Of a DNA stretch of 64,000 bases, positions 23,531 to 36,779 are shown in pieces (the first letter of the stretch is position 1; every line of letters starts with the position of its first letter). The DNA is from Octopus vulgaris (taxonomy: Eukaryota). The notes beneath the pieces are model-generated. The model was given only the letters and a program-made list of their open reading frames with translations, was not told the DNA's origin and did no database searches. The DNA is taken from positions 34,038,001 to 34,102,000 of the forward strand of contig OX597833.1 in the NCBI GenBank assembly GCA_951406725.2, written 5' to 3'. Both the position numbers and the translations under genes were made by a program.

Positions 23531-24210
23531 TAAGGTGAATCTAATGCCAAGGAAAAAGAAACAGTAACACACACATGATGAGCTTCTTTCAGTTTCCAAT
23601 TACCAAAACCACTCACAAGACTTTGGTTAGCCAAGGGATATAGTAGAAGACACTTGCCCAAGGTGCCATGCAATGGGACTGCACTCTTTTATTCCCTCAA
23701 TGGTTTCAATTAGAGTCTGTGTCTAAGCTGAGGCACTACCATATGTGTTAATGCTTGATTATTTCAGACATATTTCCAGCTATCTCACTGGAACTATGAA
23801 AAAGCGAGTTAGAAAGAACTGCCCAGCTTTCTATTTCTTGCCATTATATGGGTTTACCTGGAATCTCAGATAAAAATTTGTTTACATTTCCATTGAATAC
23901 ATGCGTTTCTACTAAAAATAGATCTTTGAGGCCTTTAGGCAAAATTTTGAAAAGTTGTGAGCATTTGTACTATTACTGTATTGGTTCCTTACTTTGAATG
24001 GAGAGTATAGGATCTTTGGTACTATGCAGTGGGGTTCAGCTCAGTGATTAGTATAGCTTTCAATCAAAAAGTCAGACACTGCCTTCCAGGATCTATCATA
24101 TGTATGTCTCTTCTATTTTTTAATTATTATAAATCTTTCACTGAGTAGGAAGCCAGTTTCCAACAAAAATCCAAGGCTCCAACTTTGGGATGTAGTTAAA
24201 ACAGACAAGT

Positions 24211-25370
24211 TCACATTTGGAACTTGAGAAAAGTCTTGCATATTTTTACTGTTCCACTCACAGATTGAACTTGTAATGTATGAATCAGTTTATCCAGATT
24301 TTCCTTTAAGCATTTACTAACAAAGCCTAGTGCTCCAATTATCATTGGTATGAATATGAATTCATAGTCTGGATATAGAAGCTGGAGGTTGCGAAGCAGT
24401 TGTCCATAAATATCCTCTTTATCTTTGATTTTCAAAGAGATATTTATATGTGCAGGGTAGCTAAGCTCTATGATGGTACATACCTTTGTGCCTCTGTCCC
24501 AAACAATAATATCCAGCCTGTTATGTTTACATTTGACAGAAGTTTTGATGGGAATATTCTACCAGTATTCTTTGTATTGGTGTTTATGAAAGTATTCCAT
24601 AACAAAGAGATTTTCTAAGTTTATTTCAGGACAGTTTTTTTTTTTTGCAGATGACATTTTAGGACATCTGCTAATCACATGTGTAATTAGCATGTGTCAG
24701 AAACATGACATAGCCTACACATGAAGTTGCACCTTGGGATAACAAGAGTGTCACTGTCTCTCTTGTTTATCAGGTACTTTGTGACAATCTCCTGATCCTG
24801 GATTGCAAATGCATAACCTTCAAAGTGTGATGTGATGTAGTGCTTGTGTCTAAGAGAGGCTGCGCTTTGTGTCAGTTCTACTATCTTCTTCAAGCTTTCA
24901 GGCATCATACCCATGCATGGTCTTTTTTTTTTGTATGCTGAATGCTTTCCATCCAGGTCTTCTCTCAAGTAAGAGAGCCCAGCTGTTTTGAGATTGTACA
25001 GGAGATCATTCAGGAAGAAAATGTTTCTTGAGAAGTTCACTGCCAACTCGTACACTGTTACTCACTTCACTTTTCAGGACTGTATTAATATATTTATTTT
25101 TGCTACAATTGTTTAGCAGGTGTTACCATATGGCATTTGAAGGATGTCTGCACTGATCTCAGGCCTCTACCACCTTCATTTCTTCTTAAGTAGAGCCTGT
25201 CAATATGACTGTTCCTGTAAAAGTCCCCAGTTGTCAGGATTTTGCAGGTTTTGATATCTACAGAGTAGATTTTCTTTACAGTGCAACTAAGTATCCCAAA
25301 TGTTGGGATCAGCACTGGTACTGCAAATGCATTGTGGGATATTGTTTTGTAAGAGGAGAGTTCCAGCTGC
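24211..25370 (-). pseudogene. R4/Dong-like RLE non-LTR remnant
   Basis: DRLYLRRNEGGRGL, EGYAFAIQDQEIVT, CRLC, HNRLDIIVWD..IIE.SYP, KEDIYG.L, P.IIGALG; related fragment at 28228-28495. Confidence 0.8.
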
Positions 25371-25422
25371 CATATGTATGTATGTATGCATGTATGTATA
25401 TGTATATATATATATATATATA

Positions 25423-25948
25423 TACCATAAATCCTCAAGTATAGTCCACCCTTGAGTATAATATGCAGGGGATTTTTAGGGGGCTGTACCTCTGAAAAAC
25501 CTAAACCTTGTGTATAATACGCACCCCTTCTCTAAGTTGAGTCGTGCGTAATTAAACCAGCAGCACCTAGTCAAACAAACACTTCCGTGCATGTGTAATA
25601 CAATAATGGTGATGTTCTTAACTGTTATACGGGAATGTAAATATGTTTGCAAATTGTTTTTGTTACATGTTATTCTGTGTTTTGAATACTTTTATTTTAA
25701 TAAATGTTGCTTACTGCAAGTTATGGATGATTCTTTTATGACTTCATTGCTTTCAGGCTTAGCTTAAGGTATTTTTGTGCCCAACATCACAAAATGCGTC
25801 TGAATAAACATTGCTGGACTGCAAATAGAGACTCGGACATTGCTTAGAAAATATTTTTCATTTTTTACCTCGTATATAGTATGCGCTAAGGATTTTGACC
25901 TTTAAATTTTTGGAAAAAAATGAGGATTATACTCAAGGATTTATGGTA
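25423..25948. mobile_element. pogo/Tc2-like MITE
   Basis: TA-flanked TIRs taccataaatcctcaagtata / tatactcaaggatttatggta. Confidence 0.8.
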
Positions 25949-26434
25949 TATATAAATACATGTACGTATGTGTCTATGTGATATGTACTTGTGTATGTAT
26001 GCATGTGTGTATGTGTGAAGATGTGAGAATACCTGGGTTGGTGTCCAGGCATGCATTTGACCCACTGGGAAAGGGAGGCCCCACTGTTGTTACAACATCT
26101 CTCAAGGAGAGGGAAACTGAGAGAAAACCTGCAACACTAACAATATTCAATGATATAGACGAGTTCTTCTTTTTGAGTTTATGTTGTCCATGTTGAAAGA
26201 GTGGGATTGGATTTGTGCAAATCCTTTCCCCACTATAAAAAATCATCATGACTGGCATCACTTGAAAAAAGAAGTAAAACCTATCACAAAAATGGTTGGT
26301 TGTAGCCTTTGCATGTGTGGACCTTTCGATCAGGTAATAGCAATACTCAGGCACAAGTTTGCAGCCATCATATATATGTATGTGTGTATGTATATGTCAT
26401 TGCATATCTTTCGTGTCTTCTCTTCAGGAGAGGA

Positions 26435-27900
26435 CATGAGGTTGTGGATTGCCTCAAGTTCTGCTGTTAGGTTGACATTAGGAGTAGTCCAGGTGACTGA
26501 GAATGAAAGTTCTCCATACAAACAACAGTTATCCTTTACCGTATTCTAAATCGTCACAACATCCAACTGACCATTTGCCTGCATATTATTACTACCTTAG
26601 TAAAATGTATACAGAATGATGTATTGTTACTAACGTGTTACGTGAATTACCAGGTCACACACTGACTACAACTTGGGGATTGTAGTACACCTTGGTCCTG
26701 CATATTCTGGTTGCAATCTGTTATTATCAGCATCTTTGACTGCTTGCAATACTTTTATATCATCAGCATGGCTGATGTGAGTGGCTGACTTAATGACTGA
26801 GTGCATGTCTAAAAGAGCTATCATGAACAGTAGTGGTCTCATTACAGTTCCCTGAATGACTATGCTTAGAATTGATGTCTCCTCAGAGAGAGCACTATTG
26901 ACTGTGACTGTTTGACTCCTATCCTTTTAAATGTTGTGCCACTACACCTTCAGTTTACCAACATACCATGATCATGTAGTTTGTAATATATCATCCTGTG
27001 ATCAAGTGAGTCAAAGGCCTTGGCAAAGTCAGGATGCAGCACATCAATATTTGAGTGCTTGAGCTGTTGTTTCAGTGCCCAGTTATAATGCTGTAGCAGC
27101 TGTTGAAGGCAGCTCCTTCCTAGAAGCAATGCTGTATGTTAAAAAGAGTAAGCTATTTTCTTCTAGGAATGTGTTCCTTGATTTTGTTAACAAGTGAAGT
27201 CAGAGAGATAGGTCTGTAATTCTTAGCCTCTGTTCTTTTAATATTTTTGGAAGTTTGCCACATGTGAAGAAACTCTGGAAAAGTATCTGCAGTGGTTTTC
27301 AAGAGCTTTCTTGCATGCCTTTAAAAGAAAAACTAGAAAACCATCAGAGCCTACTTCTGAGTTTATCTCATAAATGGCCAACATTACATCCTCTCCTTTT
27401 ATGTAGATGCAATCAATGGTTGTCTCTTCCTTGAGCAGATCTGCAAAGCTGCTTACTTGTATATCTCCCACTGTGTAAGTGGAAACACTTTGAAACTGTT
27501 TAGTTAATATTTCACTTATCTGCACAAAGTTATTTTCTTCAAACGATGGCCCTATCTTGTAGCACATCAAAGCTGATTCTTTTGCAAATTAGTAGAAGAC
27601 CATAGAATTCATTTATATATTTTCAACTGTCTTGATTTCTCTTTCTTCCCTTACTTTTTCATGAAGAAACTGATGTTTCTTTTTTTCAATTTCTAATAAA
27701 ATCTCTTTGAGGTGACACTTATTGTTATTAAATTATTGATTTAAACAATTTGAGACCTTTATTCTTTATTACATAAGGATACTCCTATCTCTTGAATTTC
27801 ACATCAACATCTTGCACAGAGAAACTTTTGAGCCAGTTACGTTTTAGGGTCCCTTTTTGAACCAATTTCCAGTTAGCTGTGTAAAAGTTCTGAATAGAGT
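26435..27900 (-). pseudogene. Old CR1-type LINE RT remnant
   Basis: Minus strand GRSC, DFAKAFD, HADD, FILSHLDY, LTAELEAI; same family as 48952 and 50090. Confidence 0.8.
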
Positions 27901-28227
27901 TTGAGTGTTTCCTGTATGTTATACATCTTAAAATAGTTTTTGACCATGCATTGTTAGTTCTACTAAGTGTGGTATGATAAAATCATTAGTGACACTTTCA
28001 CATTGTGGATAGGTTTCACATAAAGCAGAGGTCTAAAATGTTCCTGGTCTGGAATAGTATTGTTTGTTCCATGGACATCATAATTAACTGATCCTCCTGT
28101 ATTTTCTTTTACCCAAAACCAGGAACTTTTCAGCATCTGTTCTTTTCTTTTTCTAATTTTAGAGTAAATTTTGACTAGTCACCTACTTGAAAGTAAGGTT
28201 GAGAAAGAAAGTGTCTTCTTTTAACCA

Positions 28228-28495
28228 TCATCCTTTAAATCTTAAGAAGGTCTTGCAGATTTTTATAGTCCCAGATATAGTGATCATTTGTAGCATATGA
28301 ATTACGGATTTGAATTTTCTCGCCAAGATTCCAAGTTCAGTCTTACTTTGCTCCAGACGGGTTAGTATGTATTCTGTTGCTCCAATAATATTAGGTATGA
28401 AGCTGAAAGTGTATCTTGGATACTGAATTTGCAAGCTCCTTATCAATGGTCCATAGATGTCCTCTTTTTCTTGTAATTTTCTAACCACATTTGTG
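28228..28495 (-). pseudogene. R4/Dong-like RLE 3' fragment
   Basis: KEDIYGPL..LQ..YP.Y.F.FIP.IIGA...SGTIKICKTFL.F, homologous to 24211-24435. Confidence 0.75.
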
Positions 28496-28880
28496 TCTAA
28501 ATGAATGTAGGTCTGTTATAAGCATATTATGGCCACATTGTCTAGAAATTCCCTTAGCAGTTACAAGGTCCTGTTTTTGATCCCACTGCATAGCATCTTG
28601 AACAAATGTTAATTTCTATAACCTCAGCTCACACCACAGCTTGTGAGGGAAACTGGGCGGATGACAACAGCATAGACGTTGGTTGGGCATGCCATACCAG
28701 TAATTCAAAAGGTGCACACTTGTCATTCATTGTGTTACAATGTTCTTGCCCATGAATTACTTGAAGGGTAGACAAGTTTGTGGAATACCCAGCCACTAAC
28801 ATGATAATTCTTGAGCAGGAAATACAGTCAATCAAACAATTGGCAAACAATGGAGATCCATTGCCAATGCTAGACTTCTC

Positions 28881-29005
28881 AGCCACATGGTCCCCAATTC
28901 AGTCTCACTAACTGGCACCTTGGGCAAGTATCTTCTACCATAGCCTTGGGCTGACCAAAGCCTTGTGAGTGGATTTGGTAGACGTAAACTGAAAGAAGCC
29001 CATCG

Positions 29006-29053
<48 letters not shown>

Positions 29054-29272
29054 AGTGTGCGTGTGTATTTGTCTCCATGTCTGTAATTCGTCATCGCTCG
29101 ACAACCAGTGTTGGTGTGTTTATGTCCCCGTAACTTAGCGATTCGGCAAAAGACTCCGATAGAATAAGTACCAGGCTTTAAAAATAAGTCCTGATGTCGA
29201 TTTGTTCAACGAAACCCCTTCAAAGCGGTGCTCCACAAAATGACTGAAACAACTAAAAAACAAGATAAAAGA
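28881..29272 (+). mobile_element. tRNA-derived SINE with internal (TA)n(TG)n
   Basis: ggcaccttgggcaagt...ccaaagccttgtgagtggatttggtagac..gaaagaagccc; same family as 53433-53802; fragments at ~23605-23682(-), 45130-45190, 55400-55612 and 59641-59790. Confidence 0.88.
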
Positions 29273-29311
29273 TATATATATATACACACACACAAACATG
29301 TGTATACGCGC

Positions 29312-29363
<52 letters not shown>

Positions 29364-32175
29364 TGTAAAAAAACGTAAATCCGAAAGAAGCACACTTTAA
29401 GATGTAAAGCAATATATATATCAAAGATATAATCCTATAAACCGGCCTTCCCCATTTATGTGTGTGTGTGCATGCACGCCTGTGTTTACATTTCAATTTT
29501 TTGTGTGCTTTAGTGTACTAGATTTCATTGGATTGAATTTTCTCAGGACGAAAATGTCGGGTTAAATTAAGTTAACAACAGTCGGCTCGACTCGTCAAAA
29601 CTATTAATAACAGCCAACAGTTTTTCAAATCATGAAATAGTATATATTTGTTTTTAGTGTTCATGCGATAATTCAAAAGATCTGTTCAATAAAAGCTGAC
29701 TTGAGGTTTAAGAATCACTAAGCCTTGTTAGTATCTTCCTTCTATGAGATTTTCGAAACGACTACACTCCGATTCTTTCTAAAGACAAGCATACAAATGA
29801 CACATAGCTAGCTAATTGAAGTGATAGATAGAATGTCGGCTCTCTGCTCCTACTTAATATTTACAACTCTAACCAATCTTGTTGAAATAAACACCTGTTC
29901 CTAGTCTTTTTTAATAACTGAATGTATACGTGCGCACGCGCGCATGTTGTAAAGGTGCGTAGCGGTTTGTTTGGTTCGACAAGCGCATTGTATCCTGTAC
30001 AAGACACTTCATTTCACATTACTTAAATTCACTCAGCTGAAGAACAGCGAGAGTTGGGGTGATTGACATTGCCACAGACTGGTGTCTCGTTCAGAGAGAT
30101 GTCATGTATTCATAGTTGCTTAATCATCACGGAACCAGTATAATAAGCTCCGGTTTATACTGTAGGCTCACAACAGACTTTAACCGTACACACACACACA
30201 AATTTGAAGCCTGTTCAGTTATTCTTATCGTTTCATGGTTCAGTAATATACTGGCCGAACTATTCTTCTTGGAGTAATCCTGTCTTCTTACATATTGGGC
30301 TTGAGCCTCAGAGATAAAATACAGCGAAAGCCTCTTACTTTGATCACTTTGGGACGAAGCCTTTTCGATAACAATAACCAGCTTATAACAATATCCGTGA
30401 TTTTAATAAGCGGTTTTCATTATACACACACATATAGAAATAAATAGACAGATATATGATATAGATGTGTGTATGGCACATATTTTTTCTTTTACAGGCA
30501 TTCAAATTTTAGAATGTTACTTATATATTCAACACCCAACCTTTGATTTAAAAAATACGTAATAAATAAGGTGCACGTTAAAGAGTAATTCATTCCTATA
30601 ACGCATTCTAGTGGTCAATTATAATGCAAGAATATTCTACCATAAGATATCAAACAAAAAGCACTTCTTTTTACTTGGACTGTAAATATTGGGGGAAAAA
30701 ATTCATTTACATTCTTATTTGTGTTGGCATGTCTGAGTGTGGATATGCGTAAGTGTTTAAAGTTCGTGGATGTATGTGTATTTTTGTTGTTTTTAGTCCT
30801 TGGTCAGCTCTGATCGAACAGACATAATTTAAGGCATTCCAGCCATGGTCTTTTTATAGCAATGTAAGACTACATTATCTGGCGTGTTCTAGTGATTTGA
30901 AAGAAATTTGGCTACTATTTCTAACAGGTCGAGCGACCGCGTAGAGACTCACCCATGGTTGTTGTTTGTGTTTGAAATTGAAGCGAAGTAAAACTAAGCT
31001 CACCAAGCTACTAACTTGATTTCGTCACTGCACACCCGGCATACACTGTAATAAGTGGAAGAGAGGGTTTAAAATATAAACATAAAATAAAATTTATATC
31101 CATTTTAACGCGCACACAAACACAAAACATGAAGTTAACTTCGGCTCGTACAATCATACATATACGCATACCCACCCCCATGTACACAAACTAAAATGCT
31201 CGAATTCATTTTCCTTTTGATAGACTATTTACATTGGTCTAATATTTCTACCTCACCTCATCCCCTATTTTAAATACTTTGTTAACCTCACCTCTCTATC
31301 ACTTTTGTTACCAAAGCATCAATATGTCTGTTTTATGTTATTCATTCACTTTCTCATTTCCTAACCTTCTGCCTGATAATCTTTCTTTCGCACGCTTGCT
31401 CATTCTCTCAATCTCTTTGTGTGTTTGTGTCTCTCTCACTCACACATTCTCCTAAGTTTTATTTTGGGTTATTTCGATTAAAATTAATTCATTTACTTAA
31501 TTCTACCTGTAAACTACTGGTCTAGTAAGGCTAGTAATGAAAACTGCTTTGTTATGTATGTACTTTTTTTTTCTATTTTCAACAATCGCATACTTTTTCT
31601 CTTATCAACCGTCTCTGGTATGTCTATCATTCTCGCTGTCTTCTCATTTTCTCTCTCTCATGAATTCTTGAAAGACAAACACTCATTCCTTCATTCAAAC
31701 TACTTTCTTTTCTATGTTTCTGATTTTCTTCGTTTCAATTTTTCTTATCCTCCCTTATTCTCTCTGTTCCTTTAATCCCTCTTACTTTCATTCCACCTCC
31801 GTTACTACTTATAGTCTTCCACTTTCCTCCAGTTACCTCTCCCATCACATATCCTCTCTTTCTATCTCACTCTCACTCTCTTTTACCAACCTGAAATTTT
31901 TTCCGCCACCCTTCCTCCACTGTTCGTCCTGCCAACCAACCGATCGACCAGCCACCCAGCCATCAATAATTTCTTCACCGAAGTAAGAACCTTATATTAT
32001 TTTTTGTTCTTCATCAATACCACATGTTTTATAACGTTTATATATATGTATGCATGAGTGTATGCTTGTATGTACCTTTATGTCAATGGTCAATGTATGT
32101 ACTGAATTAGGTGTAAACTACAGAGCCCATAAACTACAAGAACTATAAACCGATATAAATTTCATATGTAAACTA

Positions 32176-32264
<89 letters not shown>

Positions 32265-33294
32265 ATGTATAAAACTGGTGAGTTTGTTTTGAAGGCGCTT
32301 ATAGGTTGCATGTCTAATTTACCTTCTGTCAACATATAAAAGCTTGTATTTGTATATGCACACTTACGCACATACAAACACACATACATACATTTAGTTG
32401 TGTATATATTTATATAACACTAATTGACATGTATGTTTATTTACTTGTCTTCCATACATGTTCAAAATATTACGAGCGACACTTCATCTATGTTTGTATT
32501 TATAATATTGCTTGCATATATGTCTGCGTGCGTGTCTGTGTATGTATATAAGTGTTTGGGCTTAGTATGGGAAAAGTATGCAATACAGAAGTTGTATAAA
32601 CATTTATTATAAAGCTAACAATGCCGTGTATGTATACTTATATATGTGTGTGTACATAGTCTTCAATAAACACACACACACATGCTTATAGTTTAAGAAT
32701 CCATGTCATACAAAACAGGCACTCGTATATTTGTCAACAGAGTGGGTATATTAATCGTTTTAGTATACGATATTATAGAGCCATTTCATGCACGATAGAA
32801 AAGCACTCGGTACATGTAGTGAGTGTATAGTTACTTATTGAACATAAATATATGTGCATGTTTGTTTACAATTGTATATACTTTACCGAAGTGGACTACA
32901 CACTCACACACAAATATATAGCTTCTTCTATGAGGAAATGTACCAAACTAGAACAAAATCACTATCAGTTAAAGCATCGTGTTAATAATATTAACAACTT
33001 TATCAACAATTAGAACAACGATATTAACGTTATAGCAACAACAACAATTACATAAGCGCTAATTGCGTCAACGACAATGTAACATTGTTGAATCCATTTA
33101 TAGTGAAAGATAAATGAACACTACAACAATCAAACACAAATTGCAAATTACAGTATTTTCAACTACAACACGACACAACCCCATAACACCACCATTAATA
33201 CTAACAGGACTAATTGATAACAGAAACAACACTAATCTATAAAACATTACGATCACCATTAACAAAAACAACACACTATATCATCATGAAACCC

Positions 33295-33970
33295 CAGAGC
33301 GGTTGCTCTTTCTGTTACAAATAACAGTCAAATCTCCCTGAAATATACCATATCATTCTTTTAAAAATAAAAGAACAAATAGGTTGGACAATTTAGTTCA
33401 GGATATTCCTAAAAACGGGATGCATACGGCTGATATACTCTTGCTTACAGGTCTGCCCGGTCAGGGCTGACTTGAGACTAATCAACATCAGACTTACTAT
33501 CATCCTCATCATCATCAATATTAACAAGGAATCAACGAGGAAGCATCTATGCAGTCGTTGGAATTGCTAGAAATAGCAGCCAAATTTCCTGTAATCACTA
33601 GCTGTAAATAGAAAGAAAACATTGGACAATGTAGTCTCTAACATACAAATGGTCACATTTAGAACAACTTTGATCATAGATCTGCTTAACCTGGGCTGAC
33701 ATTGTGTTAAATAACAAGAATAACTCAGTAACTATATACTATTAGAAGCAGAAATAGTAACAATAAACTGCAAATGCCAACGAGGGGACATTTATATGGT
33801 CACTCGACCTGCTAGTAAAAACTACCAAAAGACACTCAGATCATGCCCTACCAACTGTCTTGGGAAAATAAGGGACGTCAGTTAACGTAGTCATCAATAT
33901 CCCTAAAAAAATGAGCGGGTCATGGTTGGAATGCCTTTGATTATAGGTCTGCTCTATCAGAATTGACTCA
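33295..33970. repeat. Three tandem diverged copies of a ~190-bp interspersed repeat
   Basis: Shared gctag(a)aa..agccaaat, ggacaatgtagtc, tttgatcatag.tctgct; other copies at ~30787-30960, 57575-57775 and 61650-61855. Confidence 0.7.
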
Positions 33971-34014
33971 GTAGATAAGATCAGAGCAGTGATTACTAAA
34001 CTGAGAACCCTCAT

Positions 34015-35630
34015 GGCTCGTGGTGTGGATGGTCTTCCCAGGAATTGACTTCTTGAGAAGCTGACTGACCTGTTTACTTAGTGCTGGGAGAGAGGAGAAA
34101 TTTCAAGTGACCTGTGCAACACTATAAGAGTGTCTCTGTATAAATATAAAGTAGAAGTCAAAGAACTCCAACTACAGAGGCATCACATTGCTTTCAACCA
34201 CAGGCAAGATATTGGTGCGATTCTTCTAGAAAGTCTCATTTCCACCATTGTTGCTAAACTCCTTCCTGAGAGTCAGTGTGGTTTTCATGCCAAATTGAGA
34301 TAATACAAATATGACCTTTGTCCTCTGCCAGATACATGAAAAATGTGTGGAACAAAACATGGGCCTTTATGTTGCTTTCATCATCCTTACGATAGTGTCA
34401 CAGTCAATAGGGATGGTTTGTTGAGAATTTTGAAGCAGCTTGGTTGTCCACCCTCTGGCAGCTACATGAGGACCAGTCCTTTCCCACTGAGAACAGCATG
34501 AAACGGTGTGTTCTGGTCCCAACACTCTTTACAATGATCTTCAGCATGATGCTGTAAGAGGCCAAGGAAGACTTGCATGAGGGCAGCTACATCTGTAACT
34601 ACATTGATGGACACATATTCAACCTTCATTGACTCCTTGTTCACATGAAAACTCTGGACAAGCTCACCCTTGATCTGCTGTTTGCAGATGACTGTGACCT
34701 TCAAGTACACATAGAGATGGCCCTCTAGATAGTCATCTAGTTTTACTAAGGCAGCCAGGGACTTAGGCCTCACAACCAGTCTGAGGAAAACAAGTACTAT
34801 TCCAGAAACTGCAATATGCTCCATACTGACCATCACAAATCAGCATCAAAGAACACCTGCTTAAAGCAGTTGAACCCTTCATCTACCTGGGAGTGACATT
34901 TCTAATGACAGCTGTGAAAAGGACATTCACACCTGCATTGCCAAAGTCTACACTTCCTTTGGATATCTGCAAAAGTGTGTAAGGCAAAACCGTGCACTGT
35001 ATTTGTCCACCATGATCAAAATATACAAGGCAATTGTCATCACTACTCTCTTTTAAGGGTCAGAAGCTTGGGTGCTATACAAGAAGCAAGTCAAGTTGGT
35101 GGAATGCTTCCATCAGAAATACATTTGCTCCATCGTGAATATGTCATGGAAGGATCACATTACCAACAACAAAGTCCTCCAGCAGGCCAACATCATGAGC
35201 ATTGAAACCATGCTGCTGTTCAGACAGCTCAGACAGGCAGGTCACATTCCACTCATGAACAAATCCAGAATACCAAAGGCTGTATTATTACAATGGGCTC
35301 AGCCAGGATAAAATAGACAGAGGAAATCCCCTAGTTGTGTTTCATAGTCCAGTTGAAATGCCAGCTCACCCAGACAGGAATACACCCCCACAGGGTTGGA
35401 GGAAGTTTTAGCACAGAGGGGTGTAGCAAGATTGCATCCAGACTGCTGCAAGTAATTTTAAGAATGTTATAGCAACTTGCAGCTGATAAGAAACACTAAA
35501 GAAGGAAAGAGTCATCATTATGATCCCCCATCTGACCAAAGCCTACATATGTGCCCCAGGGCCTGTCATTCATGGATAGATTAATGAAGCCACTTAAAGG
35601 CTTGCAGCTCTTCCTCGTGGTCTTTGGACA
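34015..35630 (+). pseudogene. RTE (BovB-like) LINE RT remnant
   Basis: NYRGITLLST.GKI, LPESQCGF, EKCVEQN, LGCPP, LLFADDC, FIYLG, SEAW.LY, FHQ, W.D.ITN..VL..A, RIPK. Confidence 0.88.
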
Positions 35631-35710
35631 TGAAAAACTGCCTTCATGCCATCATATATATATATACTGTATATATATATATATATATATATACTGTTAT
35701 ATTTGTTGAT

Positions 35711-36760
35711 GGTCATATTTTTGGCCAATTAACCACATGCACTATATACTTGGTCTTCACTTCAGATTTATTATTATTATTATTATTTTGGTGTCCTTTG
35801 TCTGAAATCTTTTATCACACACCCTGTAACCTCTGGCAGTAAACTAGCATACTTTTTAGGAAAACCTTTGAAAAGATGAATCTATGGATTACAGTTGTGG
35901 AAAGGCCAGATCCCTGATCTGTAGAACATATCCATTTGAAAGGCCCCTGTGTGCAGATAACTATATAGTATTTAGGACAAACCCATTGGTAAACTATAAG
36001 ATTAGGAATGTAGTCTGTTGTGCTGAAACAGGACAACATACATTGATGAGACAGCACATAGCATAGGTGAGCAGGTAGAAGAACACTAGTGGTAGAACAA
36101 GGAGGAGAAAAGCTCATCAGTGTTCTACCAACATGCTCAATTAGAACATGGAGGCTCAGTTAATAACATAGTTGTTAAGATATTGTCAACACTTGGAACA
36201 GACATGACACTTAGATTATAGAGACTACACACATAGTAATAGACAGTCCGAGCCGCAACAGAAAACATGAATGGAATAATAACACCTCTCCACCACATTA
36301 TGCAACCCAACAACTAAGGACTGAATGAGTGAAAGAAAAAAAATAGTTACAAACAGTATAATGCATAAACTCGTACACACACACACAAGACCTATATACA
36401 CATACTAAAGACGGAATGAGAAAATATATAAAAGACACTCGTGTCTTTTATTTATTTTTGTAGTATGTAAACTATGTAGTAAATAAACTCATATACACAC
36501 ATAAAATACACATACTAAACACAGAGGCATGCACATACACGAATACAGACACAAATGCATGCACAGATAAGGATACACACCTTAGAAAGACAGAATGGAC
36601 TAAGCAGAACAGGAGGAGACATGTGGGATGGAGGGTCACTAAAGAGGTCTCAGGATGTATAACAAAAGATTTCAAAGGACGCTAAAATAATAATGATAAT
36701 AAAGCTCAAATGAAGAGCAACAATGTAGTGCATGTGGTTAATTGGCAAAAAATATGATGA
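35711..36760. repeat. Diverged inverted repeat (35711-35835 / 36643-36760) upstream of the Penelope ORF
   Basis: gccaattaaccacatgcacta...gtcctttg..gaaatctttt mirrored as aaaagatttcaaaggac...tagtgcatgtggttaattggc. Confidence 0.75.
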
Positions 36761-36779
36761 TATATATATATATATATCT

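Noticed and set aside
28630-28880. Possible MULE transposase or host exon fragment
   Set aside because: Only a faint CEG..LVGHA resemblance, with stops in all + frames and no splice signals.
36060-36120. CTGATGA on the minus strand as a hammerhead
   Set aside because: No GAAA box after the possible stem II.
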